Of a stretch of DNA of 22,525 nucleotides, positions 17,700 to 22,525 are shown piece by piece (the first letter of the stretch is position 1; every line of letters starts with the position of its first letter). The notes below the pieces were generated by a model that ran no database searches, was not told where the DNA came from, and saw nothing but the letters and a program-made list of their open reading frames with translations. The position numbers and the translations under genes were made by a program. Location: positions 1-22,525 of the forward strand of contig JBGGMM010000152.1 in NCBI GenBank assembly GCA_041288045.1. The letters run 5' to 3'. Source of the DNA: Pseudobdellovibrionaceae bacterium. GTDB taxonomy: Bacteria > Bdellovibrionota > Bdellovibrionia > Bdellovibrionales > Bdellovibrionaceae.

Positions 17700-19939
17700 A
17701 ATCTTTCACTTTGTCCGAGGCCGCCCTGCGACTGAAGCCACCTTCAGAAATGCCAACCGGAGAAGTGGATGAGCCGCTGGCTTGGAGTGCCTCCGATGTT
17801 TCGCAATTTCTTTCACAGGAAATTTTAAAAAAATTCAGGGCCCATCCTCAATGGCAAAAAGCTCAGCCGATTTTGCTTGGCTCTTGGGGGCGGGGGGATC
17901 TTTCTGCCAAATCCGATTTGGACCTTTTGTTTCTGGGCCCTCATGAGACAGTCATGCAATTGGTCAGGGATTTGCAAAATGAAGGTCTTCGGATCCGCTA
18001 CCGAGTTCCCGAAAATCCCAAGGACTGGTCGGCAGGAGTTTTAAGCACAGATCTTTTAGCGCTTTGGCAAGCGCAAGCGGAAACTCCAGAGGCCAATGCT
18101 TCTCTGCTGGAACAGCAGCAAAAAATATTTAGCAATTCAAAAATCAAAAGAAAAATTCTCAAAGACCTTTGGAAAGAAAGAAAAGAAAGAGCCAGACGAT
18201 TGGATTCAATCCAAAGCTTTCTTGAGCCGCAGATCAAATTTGGGGCTGGAGGATTGCGTGATCTCTTTCAAGGCCAAGTCATTTTGCATCTTTTTTCAGA
18301 AAAATTTCAAGATGCTGGTTATGAGCGAAAAGTGCTCGAGTACTACCGGCATTTTTTCATGACTCTCAGACATTGGCTGCATTTTCATGGATTTTCAGAT
18401 GTGCTGATTGCTAGCGAGCAATTTGAACTGGCTCGCTGGTTTGGCTTTGATAAGCACTCAGAATTTATGCGTCAAATTCAAAGAGGCCTGGCGCGAGTTC
18501 ATTTTTATTCGGATTGGATTTTGCTCCAAGCCCAAATTCCGGAAAGCCAAGCGAAAACTTTGGAAAAAATAAAGTTCAAAAAACCAGAGGATCTGCTGAA
18601 GCTTTTGCAAAAAAATCCTTCTGTCCTGGCTCAATACAAAGTTCGGCTTTCGATGAATCGTTTTTCTTATTCGAGCCAAACTCGGGCGCGGATGCTCAGT
18701 CAGCTTTTTCAAAAAAGCACATCCGATGAAAGCCTTCAGGCTGTCTTTCGCTCTCGGTTGATTGATAAGCTCTGTCCGCGGATTTCGCATTTGGTGGGCC
18801 TGGTTCAGCATGATCAATACCATCGATTCACAGCGGATGCTCACCTTCTTCAAGCTTGCCGTGAAGTGAAAAGAGTTGAGAAATCGCCTCAAACGCTGGG
18901 AGCTTTGAAAGCCTGGGCTTTGAAATTAAAAAATGAGGACTGGAAAATACTTGCTTGGTCTTCACTGTATCATGATATCGCTAAAGGCCTTTCGGGTGAT
19001 CACAGTGAAATTGGCGAAAGCTGGGTGCGAAAGGATTTAAAGAGCTTTGGTTTTTCCAAAGCCTTTATCGATGAAGTGGCTTGGCTGGTGAGGAATCATT
19101 TGGCTCTTTCGACTGCAGCCTTTCGGAAAAATCCCCAATCTCCCAGGACATGGGAAGAGCTTCAAGAGCTGGGACTGAATGAAAGAAGGCTCCTTCGCTT
19201 GGCGATTTGGACAGCTCTTGATATTCGGGCCACCAATCCTGAAGCTTGGAACGAATGGAAGGCCAGACTTCTTCATCAGCTGGTTGAAAAAGTTTTAGCA
19301 GGCGGGACACAAACCTATTTGGAATTGAAAAAAAAGCTTCCTCGAGGAGTTTCTAAAGAATGGATCGAGGGTCTGGATCCGCATTTGTTTGAAATTTTCT
19401 CAGTTAAAAAACTCAAGGAAGAATTGCAAAGTTCCCTAGATCAAGATGGCAGTTGGGCGATTTTAAAAGATTCACAAAAAAGAAATTGGCTTCGCTATCA
19501 GCAAAAAGAAGATCGCTCCGGTCTTCTCAGTGAATTGGTTGAAAAAATTTATGCTTCTGGGGCTTCCATCCAGCACGCTTTGATTCACACTTTACCTCAG
19601 GTCGGAGTTTATGACTGGTTCCAGATTCAAACTGCGAAGGATTCTCAAAGTCTTCTCAAGCGACTCACACAAATGAAGGCGGCACCAGTGCCCCTACCTG
19701 CTGTTCAGTTTTTAAGTATCGATCTGATTAGTGAAACACCGCATGAATGGGTGATTTCATTTCGTGGAGTTGATCAAAAAGGACTTCTTTTAACCGCTGT
19801 TTCCAAACTGAAAGCTTTAGGAGCTGAAATCCGTTCGGCGCGGGTGCATACGTGGGGTCGACAGATCGAGGATCTTTTTCATATTGATCCTCAAAATGAG
19901 AATTTTATGCAAAAACTGCGAGAGGGATTGCTCTCTTAA
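17651..19939 (+). CDS. glnD: [Protein-PII] uridylyltransferase/uridylyl-removing enzyme, compact
   Basis: Nucleotidyltransferase motif GSWGRG..SDLDLL, EPQIKFGAGGLRD, QHDQYHRFTADAH, HD motif LYHDIAKG..GDHS, AWNEWK, two ACT-like segments (DRSGLL, DQKGLL..IEDLF). Start uncertain (17651, 17711 or 17750). Confidence 0.88.
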   Translation: MARSSQGFSGSRHTFLESFTLSEAALRLKPPSEMPTGEVDEPLAWSASDVSQFLSQEILKKFRAHPQWQKAQPILLGSWGRGDLSAKSDLDLLFLGPHETVMQLVRDLQNEGLRIRYRVPENPKDWSAGVLSTDLLALWQAQAETPEANASLLEQQQKIFSNSKIKRKILKDLWKERKERARRLDSIQSFLEPQIKFGAGGLRDLFQGQVILHLFSEKFQDAGYERKVLEYYRHFFMTLRHWLHFHGFSDVLIASEQFELARWFGFDKHSEFMRQIQRGLARVHFYSDWILLQAQIPESQAKTLEKIKFKKPEDLLKLLQKNPSVLAQYKVRLSMNRFSYSSQTRARMLSQLFQKSTSDESLQAVFRSRLIDKLCPRISHLVGLVQHDQYHRFTADAHLLQACREVKRVEKSPQTLGALKAWALKLKNEDWKILAWSSLYHDIAKGLSGDHSEIGESWVRKDLKSFGFSKAFIDEVAWLVRNHLALSTAAFRKNPQSPRTWEELQELGLNERRLLRLAIWTALDIRATNPEAWNEWKARLLHQLVEKVLAGGTQTYLELKKKLPRGVSKEWIEGLDPHLFEIFSVKKLKEELQSSLDQDGSWAILKDSQKRNWLRYQQKEDRSGLLSELVEKIYASGASIQHALIHTLPQVGVYDWFQIQTAKDSQSLLKRLTQMKAAPVPLPAVQFLSIDLISETPHEWVISFRGVDQKGLLLTAVSKLKALGAEIRSARVHTWGRQIEDLFHIDPQNENFMQKLREGLLS

Positions 19940-19940
19940 A

Positions 19941-20156
19941 TTACTTTCGAGCTGAGGTTTTGGCGGAATCGCTTTGCGATTCACCAGCTTGTGTTCCCGT
20001 GTGATGGCGCCAATTGTAAGTGGGATTCATTTTCAGACGGTTCTGCCAAGCTTCCCATTTTTTCTTGGGGTGTTTGTGGAGAACGTTGCCATTTTCATCA
20101 AAAATATCTGGATCTTTTCCGAAAAGAAAATCAAGAACTGGCTTTAGAACTCCCAT
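19941..20156 (-). CDS. Small hypothetical protein (71 aa)
   Basis: Strong SD GGAGG 6 nt before ATG 20156; protein-like composition; converges on glnD with a 1-bp gap. Confidence 0.7.
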   Translation of the reverse strand: MGVLKPVLDFLFGKDPDIFDENGNVLHKHPKKKWEAWQNRLKMNPTYNWRHHTGTQAGESQSDSAKTSARK

Positions 20157-20202
20157 GGTGATCCTCCAACAAGCCAAAGTCTAATCGAGGTCCTATTCAG
20201 AA

Positions 20203-20487
20203 TCAAGTCGTGCGGGGATTGGCGCAAACATCAATGATATCAAGGCCTCGGTCTTCAGAAAGCCGGCGCCCGGCTTTGAAGTGTCGGTAGCAGGCTTTGG
20301 CAGCTCGTTCAAAAGCCTCTTCATAGCTGCCTGATTTCTGTGAAACTTCGAAAGTTTCATTCTGCATTCGATACTTAAAGCTATAGAGCTTTTCGGAAGC
20401 ATCGTGGGAGACCCAGGCCTTGGCTTGAATGCTCAAACCCAGGATCAGAACCAGGGTCAGGCCAAGAACAATTGCAATGCGTTTCAT
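20203..20487 (-). CDS. Small secreted hypothetical protein (94 aa, two Cys)
   Basis: SD AAGGAG before ATG 20487; Sec signal peptide MKRIAIVLGLTLVLILGLSIQAKA; mature part has AAKAC..DVCANPR. Confidence 0.8.
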   Translation of the reverse strand: MKRIAIVLGLTLVLILGLSIQAKAWVSHDASEKLYSFKYRMQNETFEVSQKSGSYEEAFERAAKACYRHFKAGRRLSEDRGLDIIDVCANPRTT

Positions 20488-20530
20488 AAGATCTCCTTGC
20501 GGCGGATTCGGTTGCCTGACTTGATGAAAC

Positions 20531-20547
20531 AGCAAAAAGGCTGCCAG
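20531..20547 (-). promoter_or_regulatory. Putative sigma54 (RpoN) -24/-12 promoter
   Basis: Minus strand reads CTGGCAGCCTTTTTGCT, i.e. YTGGCA-N6-TTGCW with canonical GG-N10-GC spacing, ~45 nt upstream of ATG 20487. Confidence 0.65.
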
Positions 20548-20561
20548 GGCCTTTCTTTTTT

Positions 20562-20623
20562 TCTCATTTTGAGGCGGGCTAAGTAGTAGAAATAAAAGGT
20601 GAAAATGAATTCTCATCTTGAGA
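20562..20623. promoter_or_regulatory. Two copies of a TCTCA-N3-TGAG(A) dyad (candidate regulator sites)
   Basis: TCTCATTTTGAGG at 20562-20574 and TCTCATCTTGAGA at 20611-20623; 11/13 identical, 49 bp apart, in the divergent intergenic region. Confidence 0.55.
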
Positions 20624-20676
20624 CGTAAAAGCACTAGAGAAGGGCGCCAAGAAAGGTTAAAACAGCTGTCGAAGGG

Positions 20677-21519
20677 ATGGGCAGTCCGATGGTTCAAGTG
20701 GCTTTTCAGTGGCTGGTTTTTTCGATTTGTTTGGGGCTTTCGGTTGTGGCCAAAGCCAAGATTCTTTTGGTGTCTGATATCGATGACACTTTGAAGATTT
20801 CTCACGTCAGGAATTCTTGGGATTCCATCAACAATTCAATGGCAGTTGAAAATCATTTTCTTGGCATGAGCGAGCTTCTCAAGGCCGCCAGTCTCAAGCA
20901 GGACCTGCAAGTGGTGTATGTTAGCAATGCCCCAGCCGCTTTGATGCAATGGTCACACGAAAAATTTCTGTCCTACAATTACTTCCCGCAAGGGGAAGTC
21001 TTTCTCAGAGATTTTTCCGGAGATGAAACACATAAGCTGAGAACCATTTCCCGTTTGATTGAAGAGAGTCAGCCAGAACTTGTCATTCTGATTGGCGACA
21101 ATGGCGAAAGAGATCCGATGGATTACAAAAGCCTCGAGGAAAAATATCCGCACATTCGTTTTTACACTTGGATTCATCAGATCTATTCGGTTCTGGCTTC
21201 TTCTGAAAAGGGCGAACCTCTGCAAAAGAATCAGAGAGGATTTGCGACTTCCATTGATCTGGCCCTGGATATGAAATCCAAGGGCCTCATTGCTGAGAAT
21301 CAATGGCTTTGGCATTTGCAAAATTTTGTGCCCAAGGTTCTCAAAGAGCCGCTGCATTCCTCCCGAGATGAACTGGCATTTCCCGGCTGGATGGACTGCC
21401 GGGATTATTTCAAACAGCACACGCAGGATGAATTGGCTTTGCCTCAGCCTGTGCAAAAGTTAGAACTGCAAATGCAATACGAATGGAAAATGAAAGCTCG
21501 CTGCGCCAATCCTCTATGA
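20677..21519 (+). CDS. App1-like (DUF2183) HAD-fold phosphatase with probable signal peptide
   Basis: SDIDDT (DxDxT), YVSNAP, HKL, LIGDNGERDP; hydrophobic leader ending AKA. Start is 20677 or 20689. Confidence 0.8.
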   Translation: MGSPMVQVAFQWLVFSICLGLSVVAKAKILLVSDIDDTLKISHVRNSWDSINNSMAVENHFLGMSELLKAASLKQDLQVVYVSNAPAALMQWSHEKFLSYNYFPQGEVFLRDFSGDETHKLRTISRLIEESQPELVILIGDNGERDPMDYKSLEEKYPHIRFYTWIHQIYSVLASSEKGEPLQKNQRGFATSIDLALDMKSKGLIAENQWLWHLQNFVPKVLKEPLHSSRDELAFPGWMDCRDYFKQHTQDELALPQPVQKLELQMQYEWKMKARCANPL

Positions 21520-22298
21520 TTCAATACCAATTGCCTGATCTCTATCGGCAGCTGCTTCCGAAAGAATTTCTTTCGGCTGAGATCGTTGAAACCAAAGCCA
21601 CCTGCAATGCTTGCAATTGGAAGTCCTATCAACCCCAGCTGAAGTGCTGCACATATGAACCTTACCTTCCCAATTATTTGGTGGGAGCCTTGCTGGAAAG
21701 CCCCTCGACGGCACCCTCTGCGAAAAAAGCATTGCAAGAAAAAATCAAAAGGCGCAGTTACAGTCTTCCGATCGGCATGATGGCCAGTGTGAAATATCAA
21801 GTCGAATTCAATCAAAGAAAGCCTGAAGATTTTGGCAATCGCCAGGACTGGCTTTGCCCCTATTACAATCGGGAGCTGCAAAACTGCGGTGTTTGGAAAT
21901 ACCGAGGGGCCGTGTGCTCAACTTATTATTGTCAGTCCAATTATGGGAAAAAAGGCCTTCGTTTTTGGGAAGAGCTCAGCGGCTATTTGACCTATGTTGA
22001 AATGGCCCTGATGGAAGAAGTGCTCGTTCACTTGGATTTTTCGCCTCGACAGATTTCGGATTGTTTGGTTTACATCAATCGCTCAGAAGGCTCAGCTTCA
22101 GAGTTGAAATCTCATCATCTGCCTTTGGAAAAAGCGAAAAAGCTGTGGAACGGATACTTTGATGAGCAAGAGGAGTTCTTTCGAAAAACCTATCATATGG
22201 TCAAAGACTTCGATAGAAAGAGATTCAACGAAGCCATGGGAGAAACTGGAGCTGAAATTCAGGACAGGCTTCTAGACACCATGAGGAAGGTCTTATGA
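21516..22298 (+). CDS. YkgJ/CxxCxxCC-like cysteine-cluster protein
   Basis: Eight Cys: CNAC..KCC..LCPYY..NCGVWKYRGAVCSTYYC. Start set at ATG 21516 (ATGA overlap). Confidence 0.7.
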   Translation: MIQYQLPDLYRQLLPKEFLSAEIVETKATCNACNWKSYQPQLKCCTYEPYLPNYLVGALLESPSTAPSAKKALQEKIKRRSYSLPIGMMASVKYQVEFNQRKPEDFGNRQDWLCPYYNRELQNCGVWKYRGAVCSTYYCQSNYGKKGLRFWEELSGYLTYVEMALMEEVLVHLDFSPRQISDCLVYINRSEGSASELKSHHLPLEKAKKLWNGYFDEQEEFFRKTYHMVKDFDRKRFNEAMGETGAEIQDRLLDTMRKVL

Positions 22299-22525
22299 CA
22301 TTGAAAGAGCGGGGAGAGCAATTTGCCGCCGAATTTGCCAAGCTTTCCAGCTGGGAAGATCGCTATAAAAAGATCATTCAATTGGGAAAAGCACTTCCGG
22401 ATCTGCCAGATTCATTGCGCACCGAAGAATCCAAAGTCAAAGGCTGTCAAAGCCAGGTCTGGCTGCATGCCAAATTGAATGATCAGGGCGAAATTGAATT
22501 TCAAGGGGACAGTGACGCACTTTTG
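22295..22525 (+). CDS. sufE: SufE-family sulfur acceptor (3'-partial; absent from the ORF track)
   Basis: Hand translation MTLKERGEQFAAEFAKLSSWEDRYKKIIQLGKALP..VKGCQSQVW..FQGDSDALL carries the WEDRY, GCQSQVW and DSDA motifs; ATGA overlap with the upstream stop. Confidence 0.93.
   Translation, partial: MTLKERGEQFAAEFAKLSSWEDRYKKIIQLGKALPDLPDSLRTEESKVKGCQSQVWLHAKLNDQGEIEFQGDSDALL

Noticed and set aside
20536..20562. Terminator-like AAAGGC/GCCTTT hairpin with a T tract
   Set aside because: It lies in a divergent intergenic region and overlaps the sigma54 motif, which explains the sequence better; a dual role is not excluded.
20600..20615. Fur-box-like TGAAAAT-GA-ATTCTCA
   Set aside because: Spacing is 7-2-7 rather than 7-1-7, and it overlaps the better-supported TCTCA-N3-TGAGA dyad.
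20488..20805. N-terminal extension of the 200-aa minus-strand ORF
   Set aside because: The SD and signal peptide place the start at 20487; the extension runs through regulatory DNA and the opposite-strand gene.

Overview
Gene-dense bacterial chromosomal window, standard genetic code. Gene content and style suggest Bdellovibrionota, which is an inference and not tested. It holds a tightly coupled purB-purC-purS-purQ-purL-purF run that continues without a gap into a peptidoglycan-peptide recycling trio (S66 LD-carboxypeptidase, AmiE/YbbE-like serine hydrolase, mpl). Next come a DNase I-like (EEP) lipoprotein and an outer-membrane beta-barrel gene. On the minus strand is a CPA2 antiporter with two TrkA-C domains, interrupted by one in-frame TGA. 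Then follow mutS-glnD, two small minus-strand hypotheticals behind a sigma54-type promoter with paired dyads, and an App1-like phosphatase / YkgJ-like Cys-cluster protein / sufE run. The most unusual object is a ~320-nt GC-rich, almost fully hairpinned non-coding element at ~12500-12823 between two convergent genes. Both flanking genes become strongly C-rich and G-poor on their own coding strand as they approach it. No tRNA, rRNA, CRISPR array or transposase was seen.
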